Source: an uncultured Pseudobdellovibrionaceae bacterium (lineage in GTDB: Bacteria > Bdellovibrionota > FAC87 > UBA2466). Taken from it: a stretch of 64,000 nucleotides of DNA. The DNA lies in contig CAZTRP010000015.1 in NCBI GenBank assembly GCA_964616705.1, forward strand, positions 1,705 through 65,704, given 5' to 3'. The position numbers were made by a program, and so were the translations under genes. The notes beneath the pieces are model-generated. The model was not told the DNA's origin. It was given only the letters and a program-made list of their open reading frames with translations, and made no database searches. Below, piece by piece: positions 18,131-27,621 of the stretch. Each line of letters opens with the position of its first letter. The first letter of the stretch is position 1.

Positions 18131-19849
18131 TTGCCGATAACACATGGAGTTCTGACCCATTTTTTCAATAGGGAGAATCAGTTGGGTAAAGGGGCACACA
18201 AGGTATCGGCATCGCGGCTTCTAGTTTCACTCTTGGAGGGTGAACGAAAGGAGGTTGCCGTCATATTGGTATACGGCGTCGGCGTGGGTATTCTTTCCTT
18301 GGCCGTACCCATCGGCATCCAGACGCTAGTCAATACCGTGACGTTTGGCGCGTTCAGCCAGCCGGTGCTTTTCCTTGTACTTGCCGTGTTTGCCGGGCTT
18401 TCGATTGCGGCGGTTTTGCGAGGAATTCAAGTTGTTGTTGTAGAACAACTTCAGAAAAGATTCTTCGGTCAGTTAGCATTGGAACTTTGCTATAGAATTC
18501 CCCGAATTCGTTTAGATGAGGTTACAAAATCCAAGTTTCCGGAGCTAGTGAATCGTTTCTTTGATGTACTAACAGTTCAGAAAAGCACAGCCATGTTGCT
18601 CTTGGAGGGGTTTGCGCTCGCCCTACAGATTACGTTCGGCCTTATCCTCCTCGCGTTCTACCATTGGTTTCTTTTAGCTTTTGCGATCTTATTGGTAGCA
18701 GCGATCGGCGCCGTACTTTTTGCTTTCGGACGTGGCGCGATAGAAACGAGCATAGAAGAATCCGTTCAGAAGTACCACGTCGCTGCGTGGCTTGAGGACC
18801 TTGCCTCACGTCCACTCCTTTTCCGATCCGCTCAAGCTAGAAAAATGGCGCTGGAACGGGCAGACACAATACTCGGAAAATATCTGAGAGCGAGATCGGC
18901 ACATTTCAACATCTTGATGCGGCAGGTGGCGGGATCGCTGGCCCTACAAGCGATTGGAAGCTCTGCTTTACTGGGAATCGGAGCCCTGCTTGTGGTTAAA
19001 AACCAACTAACTCTCGGACAGCTCGTCGCGGCAGAAATAGTTGTCACCACTGCCCTAGGCTCGCTTGCCAAGTTTCAGAAACACCTGGAAGCGTACTACG
19101 ACCTCATTGCGGCACTAGATAAGATCAACAGCCTACTTTCCCTTCCTCTGGAACGACTTGAGGGAGAATCGATTCCCTTGATGACTGGTCCAGCAGCGAT
19201 AGAAATTAGAGGGCTATGCTTTCGTTACGCTGAAGGCCCGTTGGTTTTTGATAATCTTGATTTCGCAGCGGCACCCGGATCAAGAATTGCTCTTTTGGGG
19301 AGCAACGCTTCAGGAAAGACAACTCTGGTCGACTTACTCTTCGGCATCAAAGAACCTCAAAGCGGTACAGTCATTATCGATGGAGTGGACTACCGAGATC
19401 TCTCTCCAGAACTGCTACGCGAACACGTCTGCCTAGTTCGTGGGCTTGAATTCCTGCCCGATTCAATAATCGAGAATGTCCGCATGGGGCGAGAAGATCT
19501 AAGCCTAGACCAAGTTCGAGAAGCGTTACGCCGAGTGGGTCTATTGGAGGATATTGTGGGCCTTTCAAACGGCCTTCAAACGAAACTTGGCGGAGACGGT
19601 GCCCCGCTTTCTGTCGCGCAAGGTCATGCCCTTGTTCTTGCTCGAGCCATCATCGGCTCGCCGAGACTCCTCTTGGTCGATGAGACGTTGGACGAACTGG
19701 ACGACGATGCTCGCGATGCTGCCCTCAAAGTTCTGCTAGATCCCGACGCGCCATGGACACTGGTTCTATCGACAAACAGCGAATCACTGGCACGCCGGCT
19801 CCACAAGATTCTTTCTCTCGATGCACTCCGAGAGAGGAGAAGCGCCTAA
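18131..19849 (+). CDS. ABC exporter, fused TMD-NBD, PrtD/AprD-type (type I secretion ATPase) with degenerate NBD
   Basis: Six-TM N-terminal domain. Walker A GSNASGKTT and Walker B LLLVDET are present. The signature is LSVAQ instead of LSGGQ. The H-loop position reads TLVLSTNSES, with no His. No N-terminal C39/CLD domain. Putative TTG start. Confidence 0.7.
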   Translation: MPITHGVLTHFFNRENQLGKGAHKVSASRLLVSLLEGERKEVAVILVYGVGVGILSLAVPIGIQTLVNTVTFGAFSQPVLFLVLAVFAGLSIAAVLRGIQVVVVEQLQKRFFGQLALELCYRIPRIRLDEVTKSKFPELVNRFFDVLTVQKSTAMLLLEGFALALQITFGLILLAFYHWFLLAFAILLVAAIGAVLFAFGRGAIETSIEESVQKYHVAAWLEDLASRPLLFRSAQARKMALERADTILGKYLRARSAHFNILMRQVAGSLALQAIGSSALLGIGALLVVKNQLTLGQLVAAEIVVTTALGSLAKFQKHLEAYYDLIAALDKINSLLSLPLERLEGESIPLMTGPAAIEIRGLCFRYAEGPLVFDNLDFAAAPGSRIALLGSNASGKTTLVDLLFGIKEPQSGTVIIDGVDYRDLSPELLREHVCLVRGLEFLPDSIIENVRMGREDLSLDQVREALRRVGLLEDIVGLSNGLQTKLGGDGAPLSVAQGHALVLARAIIGSPRLLLVDETLDELDDDARDAALKVLLDPDAPWTLVLSTNSESLARRLHKILSLDALRERRSA

Positions 19850-20895
19850 TGCCACTGCGAAGACACAATTTCTATGTTTATCGAGTACAGCCAGCTCCTA
19901 AATCGCTCACCGCGGTAACACCCCGAAGGAACTACCCTGCCTTCTTCTGGGGGGTTCTGCTTTTATTCATGTTCTGTTTTATTTCACTTACCTTTCTCCC
20001 TTGGCAGCAGACCGCGACGGGCTACGGCCGAGTCATCGCTTATGCACCTAATGACCGGCAGCAGGAAATCAGCGCTCCGGTCGATGGCCGTATCCAAAAG
20101 TGGCACGTTTTTGAAGGATCAAAAGTATCGGCCGGCGATTTGATAGTGGAACTAACCGACAATGATCCTGAAATCCTCAAACGGCTTAGAGTCGAGCGAG
20201 ATGCTCTGTTCAAAAGATCGGCCGCAGCCGAAGCCGGTGTCCAGACAGCAAAACTGAACTTAGACCGACAACAGACTCTTTTTGAAAAGGGCCTAAGCGC
20301 AAAACGCTCGGTCGAGCAGGCGAATCTGGAATATACGAAGTACTTGATCGACGAAGCGAATGCCTCAGCAGAATTAGCTCGTATGGATGTGAGACTCGCC
20401 CGTCAACTGACCCAGTCGGTGCGTGCGCCCGTTGCGGGAACAATATTGCGAGTTGTCGCAGGCCAAGGAGCGCAAATCGTAAAGGCAGGCCAGATGCTTG
20501 CCTTGATAGTTCCAAGTACCGCCTCGCGAGCAGTTGAACTTTGGATAAATGGAAACGACATGCCGCTTATTCGCGAAGGCGCGCATGTGAGACTACAGTT
20601 CGAAGGGTGGCCAGCGCTTCAGTTTAGCGGTTGGCCCGGAGCTTCGGTGGGAACTTTCGGAGGCAACGTCACTCTTATCGATGCAAGCGACAATGGGTTG
20701 GGAAAATTCAGGGTATTAATCTCCCCCTCCCCCAAGGAGCCATGGCCCGACGGTCAGTATTTGCTTCAAGGCGTACGCGCCCAAGGCTGGGTCCTGTTAA
20801 GCGAAGTTCGCCTTGGATTCGAGCTCTGGCGAAAATTCAACGGTTTCCCACCGTCCCTGCCTGCCAATACCAAGAATGAGCGGGAGTCAAAATGA
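19849..20895 (+). CDS. HlyD-family membrane fusion protein
   Basis: Start moved to the ATG overlapping the ABC gene stop (TAATG). N-terminal TM followed by a coiled-coil and beta-barrel pattern typical of HlyD. Confidence 0.75.
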   Translation: MPLRRHNFYVYRVQPAPKSLTAVTPRRNYPAFFWGVLLLFMFCFISLTFLPWQQTATGYGRVIAYAPNDRQQEISAPVDGRIQKWHVFEGSKVSAGDLIVELTDNDPEILKRLRVERDALFKRSAAAEAGVQTAKLNLDRQQTLFEKGLSAKRSVEQANLEYTKYLIDEANASAELARMDVRLARQLTQSVRAPVAGTILRVVAGQGAQIVKAGQMLALIVPSTASRAVELWINGNDMPLIREGAHVRLQFEGWPALQFSGWPGASVGTFGGNVTLIDASDNGLGKFRVLISPSPKEPWPDGQYLLQGVRAQGWVLLSEVRLGFELWRKFNGFPPSLPANTKNERESK

Positions 20896-22274
20896 CCCGA
20901 CTCTTTCAGGGCTTGATTCTTCTGCTAGTAGTTTCGTTCTCCAAAGTCTTCGGGGCGGAAACACTACAGCTTGAAGAAGTCTTAAAGGCCGTGGAAGAAC
21001 GTTTTCCGCTGATTGGAGCGGCCAGAAAGGACGCGGAAGCGGCCCGTGGTGATGTCCGCTCGTCGGAAGGTGCTTTTGATATCCAATGGAAGACTCGTGC
21101 AACATACGCTGCCGTTGGCTTTTATCAAAATGAGCGCATTGATTCGGTCATCGAGCAACCAACAACGCTATGGGGTACTACCGTCTTTGGTGGTTATCGA
21201 CTCGGCGCCGGAAAATTTGCTGATTACGACGGAAAACTCGAAACAAATCCCGGTGGAGAACTTCGGCTTGGAGTGAGTGTCCCCGTACTCAGAGATGGTC
21301 CAACCGATCGAAGACGAGCAAACATCCGTCGCGCGAACCTGGGAGTGGACGCTGCGGAATCGCAGTTCGAACAGCAGCGGCTAGAGTCCATAAGGAATGC
21401 ATGTAACCGCTATTGGGATTGGGTTGCAGCGGGAAAGCGCCTGTCAATCTACCGAACCGTTTTGAAGATTGCCGAGGAACGCGACTTGGGGCTAGCGGAT
21501 CGCGTTCGGCACGGTGATTTACCCGAATTCGAAAGAAGAGATAACGAACGCGCCATTCTTCAACGTCGATCTCAGCTGGTTGCAGCAGAGAGAAGTTTTC
21601 AGCAGGCGGCCATCGAACTTTCTCTCTATTTCAGGGACCAAGCCAGCGAGCCTCTGCTTCTAACCGAGGAAAGGCTTCCCGCGACGATTCCCGAGCCGAC
21701 GGCCACCGAAGTTCCGCAAAAGACTATCGCGGATGCGCTAATTAGGCGCCCCGAACTCGCAAGATTGTCCGCGATGAAGTCCCAAAATGAGGTCGAAAGG
21801 GCTCTTGCGACAAATCAGAGCGGACCGAAGTTCGACTTGCAGTTACAAGCCATCCAAAACTTGCAACAGGGAGATCCGGCTCGTAATGGCACCCAAGTAG
21901 AGGCAGGCGTACTACTTGAAATCCCGCTCCAAGCAAATGTTGCCCGAGGGCGAGAGGACAATGCCGTAGCGACTGCGGCGCGATTTGAACTTCAAGAACG
22001 CTTTCTGAAGGATCGAGTGGGAGCGGAGGTACGGGACGCCAAGTCTGCACTGGATGCGGCCCTAATGCGATTTCAAGTGATTCGAAAGGAAGTCGAACTC
22101 GCTAGGAAGATGGAGCAGGGAGAGAGAGAACGCTTTAATCAAGGAGACAGCACGCTTTTGTTTGTGAATCTTCGAGAGCAGGCTACCGTTGATGCCGCTA
22201 TCCGAGAACTCGAAGCCCTCGCCGATTACCGAAAGAGTCTCGCCACACTCCGAGCCGCTCTCGCGGACTTCTGA
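20892..22274 (+). CDS. TolC-family outer-membrane efflux protein
   Basis: Signal peptide. Two repeated coiled-coil halves typical of TolC. ATGA overlap with the upstream HlyD gene. Confidence 0.8.
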   Translation: MTRLFQGLILLLVVSFSKVFGAETLQLEEVLKAVEERFPLIGAARKDAEAARGDVRSSEGAFDIQWKTRATYAAVGFYQNERIDSVIEQPTTLWGTTVFGGYRLGAGKFADYDGKLETNPGGELRLGVSVPVLRDGPTDRRRANIRRANLGVDAAESQFEQQRLESIRNACNRYWDWVAAGKRLSIYRTVLKIAEERDLGLADRVRHGDLPEFERRDNERAILQRRSQLVAAERSFQQAAIELSLYFRDQASEPLLLTEERLPATIPEPTATEVPQKTIADALIRRPELARLSAMKSQNEVERALATNQSGPKFDLQLQAIQNLQQGDPARNGTQVEAGVLLEIPLQANVARGREDNAVATAARFELQERFLKDRVGAEVRDAKSALDAALMRFQVIRKEVELARKMEQGERERFNQGDSTLLFVNLREQATVDAAIRELEALADYRKSLATLRAALADF

Positions 22275-22410
22275 TGTACCGCAATGGGCCCCCACCGATA
22301 AGACAACACCCTTTCGGTTAAGTATCTATTCTACGTTTACAAAACTTCGCCAAACTTGCGTCGTGCAGTTTTTAAGGAAAAGGCGCAGAATGAGAAGTGG
22401 GAGAGAAAAT

Positions 22411-22878
22411 ATGAATCCAGCCCAACTACATCTTGCACTAAATCACTTTCCACTTTTCGCTACACTGATCGGTGTCGGCATTTTAGGAATCGGCATACTC
22501 AAAGGCAACGGCGCATTGAAGAAGGCTGGGCTCTGGCTTTTTCTCATAGCAGCCGTATCAACCGTTCCCGTGTTCAAGAGCGGCGAGCCCGCGGAAGAGC
22601 TGGTGGAACACCGAACAGGGGTAACTAAAGAAACCATCCACGCCCATGAGGAAGCGGCCGATTTTGCCCTAATTGCCGTAGGCCTTTTGGGCCTGGCAAG
22701 CCTAGTAACTCTCTTCCTGCTTAAAAAAGGGCGCACTCCCCAGGTCGTCGTTTTGCCCGGACTTCTGCTTCTGGGTATTTTTGTTGTGGTAGTGATGGCA
22801 AGAACGGCTCACTTGGGTGGCCTCATCCGCCATGACGAGATTGGTTCAAACGCGACTCCTACTGGAGAAAAAGAATGA
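22411..22878 (+). CDS. Small polytopic membrane protein
   Basis: Start moved to MNPAQLHLALNHFPLF, preceded by GGGAGAGAAAAT. Four TM segments. Confidence 0.5.
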   Translation: MNPAQLHLALNHFPLFATLIGVGILGIGILKGNGALKKAGLWLFLIAAVSTVPVFKSGEPAEELVEHRTGVTKETIHAHEEAADFALIAVGLLGLASLVTLFLLKKGRTPQVVVLPGLLLLGIFVVVVMARTAHLGGLIRHDEIGSNATPTGEKE

Positions 22879-22954
22879 GTTTCCAAAAGAACATTGGCTG
22901 ATACGGGAAATCTGGTAAGACCCTTTCGAAAACGACGAAAGGCTGAAGCCCAGA

Positions 22955-24280
22955 TTGACGCAACCCACGCGTAGAAGCAAATCCAAGGAATATTGGATAT
23001 TTAAGCTGCTCCCTCCCTCTCCAGGGGAGCCCCTTACTGAAAAGACCACTACGCTTGCTTGGCTTATTCGCTTGCGTTGGACGGCCATACTCATCGCAGC
23101 TCTGGGTGGAATAGCTGCGTTTAAGTTTGTTTTTCTGCAGCCAAGTTTGGCCTATCCATATTTTGGCGTGGTGGCCTTCCTCGTTTTTTTCAACCTGTAC
23201 GCCACACTTGAACTCAAAGAAGACAAACCGCTGGCAAATCTAAGTGTGTTTTTCCCTTTGGCGGTCGACACCCTAAGTCTCACGCTTCTGCTCGCAATCA
23301 GCGGCGGAATTAGAAACCCTTTCATCTCGCTGTTCTTCGTACAAACCGCCATGGGCGCACTCTTGCTCGAACGCAACGACAGGATTCGATTCGCGACGCT
23401 TGTTCTTATGTGTCTGATTGCTGTTTTCTTAACCCGAGACTGGCAAGTACTCTCTGCAGATATCTATGTTCAAGACTTCGCTCCTCTTGTTGCAATGATG
23501 CTTTCGCTCTGCGTTTCGTGGGTGCTCGTTGCTTCACTTACCGACACATTGACCACCGCTCGTCAAAAGTTAGATGAAGCTAAATCTCGCGACGCACGCA
23601 TTTACCATTTGCTTGCCTTGGGCGCATTAAGCTCCGAGTTCGCTCACCAGTTTGCAACACCTCTAAATACTCTGCGACTCCGGATTGACCGACTTAGAAA
23701 GCTCTCTCACCCGCAACCAACCGAAAGCGAGATTGCGGCAGCTGCTGATGCGCTGACACAAGCAGAAGAGATCCTTCGAGAAAGCGCTTCGACCCCACTC
23801 GATTCATCCATGCTCACCCGACGACAACTGCCTATGACTGGTTATCTGGAACAGGCGATTGCGGATTGGGAGGTCAAAAATCCCGCCACTAAAGTGCGAT
23901 CACAAGTGTCTCTCTCGCCCCATCTTCGCTACGCTCTTCCCACAGCCCTTTTCTCCAAATCACTTTTTAACCTCCTGGACAATGCCCTTTGGGCTCAAGG
24001 CCCCAGCATGGACATAGAGGTCGTCGCCCGAGAAACGGATGAGCAGATAATCATTGAAGTCCTGGATCGCGGTCCAGGATGGCCCGAGGAACTCAGAACC
24101 CAGGGGATCCGACCGTTTGGGACTTTGCGAGCGGGCGGCACTGGACTGGGGCTTTTCAACTGTCAGAGTTTGTGTGAAATCATGAGTGGGTCCTTGGAAC
24201 TCGTTGATAGAAAAGGAGGGGGAGCCATTGCTCAAATCAGACTTCCCAAAACCAGCGCGACTGCTCATCTTAGAGGATGA
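22955..24280 (+). CDS. Sensor histidine kinase, RegB/PrrB-like
   Basis: Polytopic N-terminus. H-box SEFAHQFATPLNTL, N-box LFNLLDNALWA, G-box GTGLGLFNCQ. Confidence 0.8.
   Translation: MTQPTRRSKSKEYWIFKLLPPSPGEPLTEKTTTLAWLIRLRWTAILIAALGGIAAFKFVFLQPSLAYPYFGVVAFLVFFNLYATLELKEDKPLANLSVFFPLAVDTLSLTLLLAISGGIRNPFISLFFVQTAMGALLLERNDRIRFATLVLMCLIAVFLTRDWQVLSADIYVQDFAPLVAMMLSLCVSWVLVASLTDTLTTARQKLDEAKSRDARIYHLLALGALSSEFAHQFATPLNTLRLRIDRLRKLSHPQPTESEIAAAADALTQAEEILRESASTPLDSSMLTRRQLPMTGYLEQAIADWEVKNPATKVRSQVSLSPHLRYALPTALFSKSLFNLLDNALWAQGPSMDIEVVARETDEQIIIEVLDRGPGWPEELRTQGIRPFGTLRAGGTGLGLFNCQSLCEIMSGSLELVDRKGGGAIAQIRLPKTSATAHLRG
24213..24219 (+). promoter_or_regulatory. Shine-Dalgarno (AAGGAGG) for the response-regulator gene, inside the 3' end of the kinase gene
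   Basis: Perfect AAGGAGG 8 nt upstream of the in-frame TTG at 24228. Confidence 0.55.
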
Positions 24281-24779
24281 TGAAAATTTCCTGAACACTT
24301 TGAAGTTGGAGTTTTCCGAACGGGGCTATCAGGTGTTAACTGCAAGCTCCCAGAAACAAATTGGCTCGCACTGCGCAGAAGATGTTCGGTTTGCCATTGT
24401 GGACTTGCGAATCGGACCGGATAGCGGCATTTCTTCTTTAGACGAGATAAAAAAACGATGGCCGAATTGCCGAGTTGTGATTCTCACCGGCTACGGGAGC
24501 ATTTCCACTGCCGTCCAGGCAATCAAACTTGGAGCGGCAAATTACCTCACCAAGCCAGTATCAATTGAAACGCTAGAACGTGCTCTTTGGATAGATTTAG
24601 CGAATCAAACGAGCGAAGCAGAACCGGCCGATCGCGCATCATTAGCACGTCATGAGCGCGAATACATAGAGTACGTCCTCGCCGAGTGCGGCGGCAATAT
24701 TTCCAAAGCGGCCGAGTGGTTAGGAGTTTACCGCCAAAGCTTGCAGAGAAAGCTCAAGAAGTTCACGCCAAGAACTTAA
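24228..24779 (+). CDS. Response regulator, RegA/PrrA/ActR-like (REC + Fis-type HTH)
   Basis: LLILEDDENFL...DLRIGPDSG...LTGYGSISTAVQAIKLGAANYLTKP plus C-terminal ECGGNISKAAEWLGVYRQSLQRKLKK. Start assigned to the TTG at 24228, 8 nt after the AAGGAGG RBS. The ORF track's GTG at 24186 is the alternative. Confidence 0.8.
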   Translation: MLKSDFPKPARLLILEDDENFLNTLKLEFSERGYQVLTASSQKQIGSHCAEDVRFAIVDLRIGPDSGISSLDEIKKRWPNCRVVILTGYGSISTAVQAIKLGAANYLTKPVSIETLERALWIDLANQTSEAEPADRASLARHEREYIEYVLAECGGNISKAAEWLGVYRQSLQRKLKKFTPRT

Positions 24780-25696
24780 CGCTCAAACCGTTTCTGCAAC
24801 AAAACGCCGACACTTCGATTAAGCGGCGCATTTTCAGAGACTGAAAGCAGAAGTGAATCTGCGTAGCTAAGTCCCAGCGAAACATCTTCGCTTAAACGGT
24901 AACCCATCTGAAAAACGACAGGAAACAAAACCTGTCTGCCTCCCTTCCCATCAACTAACCCCTGTGTGGTAACCCCTTCTTCGAAACTTGGAGAAAGGCC
25001 AAGGCCCAATCTAAAGTCTCCGCCTCCGGGGCTCAATCCTACAGAGGCGGTGCCAGACACTCCCCAACCGGGAATCAGCCTTAAGGTGCCATTCGGATTG
25101 TCCAAGTACCTTGGGAGCGATCGATTCACTTGCGCCAAAAATGCAACATCCCAAGGGCCCCAGACCTTCACCAAAAGAACACCCAAAGAGAAACTAAAAA
25201 AACCTTTGCCTCGGGAATCAATTCGATAAAGTTCGGTGGAGTCGAATATTGAACTCCCGGTTGGCAGTGTGACAGACAAAAAAGCTAGCCCTTTTGGACG
25301 CAAGGCACTGTAAGTCCATTCAGGCAGAACCTCGTAGGCGAAGGCGACCCCTATATCGCCGATACCGAAAGATTGTGCGCCCACGCCGCCCCGGGATCGA
25401 CTGCGCCGAAGAACGGGAACAGTGAGTCCCACCTGAGCGCGATCGCTTACCAAAGTAGCGCCATCGAAACGCAGCGATTGCGACACTTCCCTGTCGTTCA
25501 TCGCGCGTTGGATTTTCTCGCCCGATTCTCTGGCCTCAGCCACCGTGGCTCCGGTAGACATCGAAAGCGAAAACTGGCGCCGATCGTCTCCGGAAATAAA
25601 TGCGGGAAAACCGGCTGAACCTCCACAACAGGGCGCACAAATGGCTCGCTGTGCGGAAATTAGCAGAGCCAAGACTATGGCCCTCGTCCTATTCAC
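24776..25696 (-). CDS. Secreted protein, possible outer-membrane beta-barrel
   Basis: Signal peptide MNRTRAIVLALLISAQRAICA. Gly/aromatic-rich alternating pattern. C-terminal ...RF. Confidence 0.5.
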   Translation of the reverse strand: MNRTRAIVLALLISAQRAICAPCCGGSAGFPAFISGDDRRQFSLSMSTGATVAEARESGEKIQRAMNDREVSQSLRFDGATLVSDRAQVGLTVPVLRRSRSRGGVGAQSFGIGDIGVAFAYEVLPEWTYSALRPKGLAFLSVTLPTGSSIFDSTELYRIDSRGKGFFSFSLGVLLVKVWGPWDVAFLAQVNRSLPRYLDNPNGTLRLIPGWGVSGTASVGLSPGGGDFRLGLGLSPSFEEGVTTQGLVDGKGGRQVLFPVVFQMGYRLSEDVSLGLSYADSLLLSVSENAPLNRSVGVLLQKRFER

Positions 25697-26138
25697 CTAG
25701 ACTGACCGGAATAAAAGTTTTTTCTGCGCCGGACGCACTTTTAATCTGCACGTATACCTCCCAGCTTCCTTCGCTAAACTGGGCATCGCTTACAAGATAA
25801 ACTCCTTCGGACAATTTCTTAACTTTCGGGAAAAATAGACTGCCGCAGCATTTCATTCTCAAATAAGAACCGGCGATCCCTGGTGGCTCAACAAAAGGGC
25901 CAGTATCAGAGCCCAGGTCTTTATTCCAAAAGGAGACCTTGTATGACGAGAGCTTTTCTGAGGTTGGGCCAGTAACCCAATCAATCTTTGCGCAAAAACC
26001 TGCCTTGGGGAAATCCATCGGGCATGTAGTTCCCCTCACCTGGCTGGCACTCACTCTTTCACTGACTAATGGATGCTTGGTCTCATGGCCACAGCCCACA
26101 AGTAAAATAAGAGACATTCCCAAAAAACATCGCACCAT
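25689..26138 (-). CDS. Lipoprotein, hypothetical
   Basis: Start moved to MVRCFLGMSLILLVGCG, which carries a lipobox. Confidence 0.45.
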   Translation of the reverse strand: MVRCFLGMSLILLVGCGHETKHPLVSERVSASQVRGTTCPMDFPKAGFCAKIDWVTGPTSEKLSSYKVSFWNKDLGSDTGPFVEPPGIAGSYLRMKCCGSLFFPKVKKLSEGVYLVSDAQFSEGSWEVYVQIKSASGAEKTFIPVSLGE

Positions 26139-26175
26139 GACGACGGACTTCCGAAAGATTTTCACCCTTTTCTCC

Positions 26176-26745
26176 TCATCGTTTGATAACGCAACCCAAG
26201 GTTCTTGCAAGTTTCACGGCAGGAACTTCCCCACGGCTCACGCTTTCCAACGCCGCTTTGAGATAAAACCCAGTGGCCCGACCCGCATCCCGGCTATTGT
26301 CGACCCCACCCTGAAAAACACACTCACCGGAAGGACTTACGACAAACGCATGGGGAGTCTTAAAAGCGCCGAAGGCATTCGCAAGACGAAGCTCTCGATC
26401 ACGAACTACTGGAAAGCCAATGGGCGACTGCTGAAAATGAAAGGTCGAAGGCACTAGTTCTTCCTCGGCATTCGAATGAACTCCCACAAATTGAAAACCA
26501 GGAAAATCGCCAGAAAGCCTTGCTAGACTAGGCTCGTGACTTATCGAGCAAGGGCACTTGGCCGAGAGAAAAACCACTACCGTGCCGAGCGACGCTTTTT
26601 TCGGATCCACGGAAACCGACTTTCCAGTGCGTAAATCGACTCCCGCAATAACTTCCCCGCTGCAAGCCAAGGAGCGCACTGAAATGGCTGTCATTAACAA
26701 CAGAAGCCAAAGCGCAGCAAAGGGTCTTTTATAGCGAGCTTGCAT
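26176..26745 (-). CDS. TlpA-like thiol-disulfide oxidoreductase (redoxin family)
   Basis: Signal/TM N-terminus. VVVFLSAKCPCS redox-active CxxC in a thioredoxin-fold context. Start moved to MQARYKRPFAALWLLLLM. Confidence 0.6.
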   Translation of the reverse strand: MQARYKRPFAALWLLLLMTAISVRSLACSGEVIAGVDLRTGKSVSVDPKKASLGTVVVFLSAKCPCSISHEPSLARLSGDFPGFQFVGVHSNAEEELVPSTFHFQQSPIGFPVVRDRELRLANAFGAFKTPHAFVVSPSGECVFQGGVDNSRDAGRATGFYLKAALESVSRGEVPAVKLARTLGCVIKR

Positions 26746-26863
26746 TGGCCAAGCAGCATAAAGCCATTGGCCCCAAAGTGCTATGCAACAAGTTGTTGCA
26801 TAGTTCGGACAACGTTGCGTAACCCCCCTAAGCATTGTTAAGTAGAGCACGAGGGGTTCAACC

Positions 26864-27481
26864 ATGCGCTTTTTAAAATGGGCGGCTGTCGCCACGCTAG
26901 TTTTTGTGGCACTTTCGACTTCCTGGATTGTGTACCGTCAGAAGCAGCAATCAAACTCGCTGCCGGTATATGGATCGGTTGAAGATTTTCAACTTGTCGA
27001 TCAAAACGGTTCCGTTTTTTCGAGTCGGACCCTGGCTGGGCACGTGTGTATTGTTAACTTTATTTTCACATCGTGTCGGAATGTTTGTCCCCTTCTGACC
27101 CAGCAAATGGCCCGACTCCAAGAGAAAACCAAAAACCTGCCGGGCGGGCTCAAACTTGTATCCATTTCGGTAGATCCGGATCACGACTCGCCCAAAGTTC
27201 TTTCCGAATACGCAAAGCATTACGGAGCTGACTTCTCGCGCTGGGTATTTCTCACTGGCCCCCTCGATGCGATACGTAAAGTCGTCGTCCATAACTTCAT
27301 GAGCGCCATTGACGCTAACGCAGTGGAAAACGGCGAGAATCAAGACCTGGTGGACATTACCCACGGCGAAAATTTTGCGATCGTAGACAAAGCGGGAAAT
27401 ATCCGTGCCTTTAGACACGCTAAAACCGAAGAAGACCTCACGGAAATCCTCAAAATAGTCTCGGGTCTGGCAAAGAACTAG
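26864..27481 (+). CDS. SCO1/SenC-family copper chaperone
   Basis: N-terminal TM. FIFTSCRNVCP CxxxCP copper-binding motif and a downstream conserved His region. Confidence 0.8.
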   Translation: MRFLKWAAVATLVFVALSTSWIVYRQKQQSNSLPVYGSVEDFQLVDQNGSVFSSRTLAGHVCIVNFIFTSCRNVCPLLTQQMARLQEKTKNLPGGLKLVSISVDPDHDSPKVLSEYAKHYGADFSRWVFLTGPLDAIRKVVVHNFMSAIDANAVENGENQDLVDITHGENFAIVDKAGNIRAFRHAKTEEDLTEILKIVSGLAKN

Positions 27482-27621
27482 GGACTTTGTACAAAAACTC
27501 AGCCTGGTTTTCTCTAAAATATTAGAAACTTAAACTCGCGTTTCATTTTTGCTTGAATTTTCGGCCTATGGCTGCAAAGGTGCGCGCCTAAACGCCATTC
27601 TAATTTTTACCCGGAGATGCC

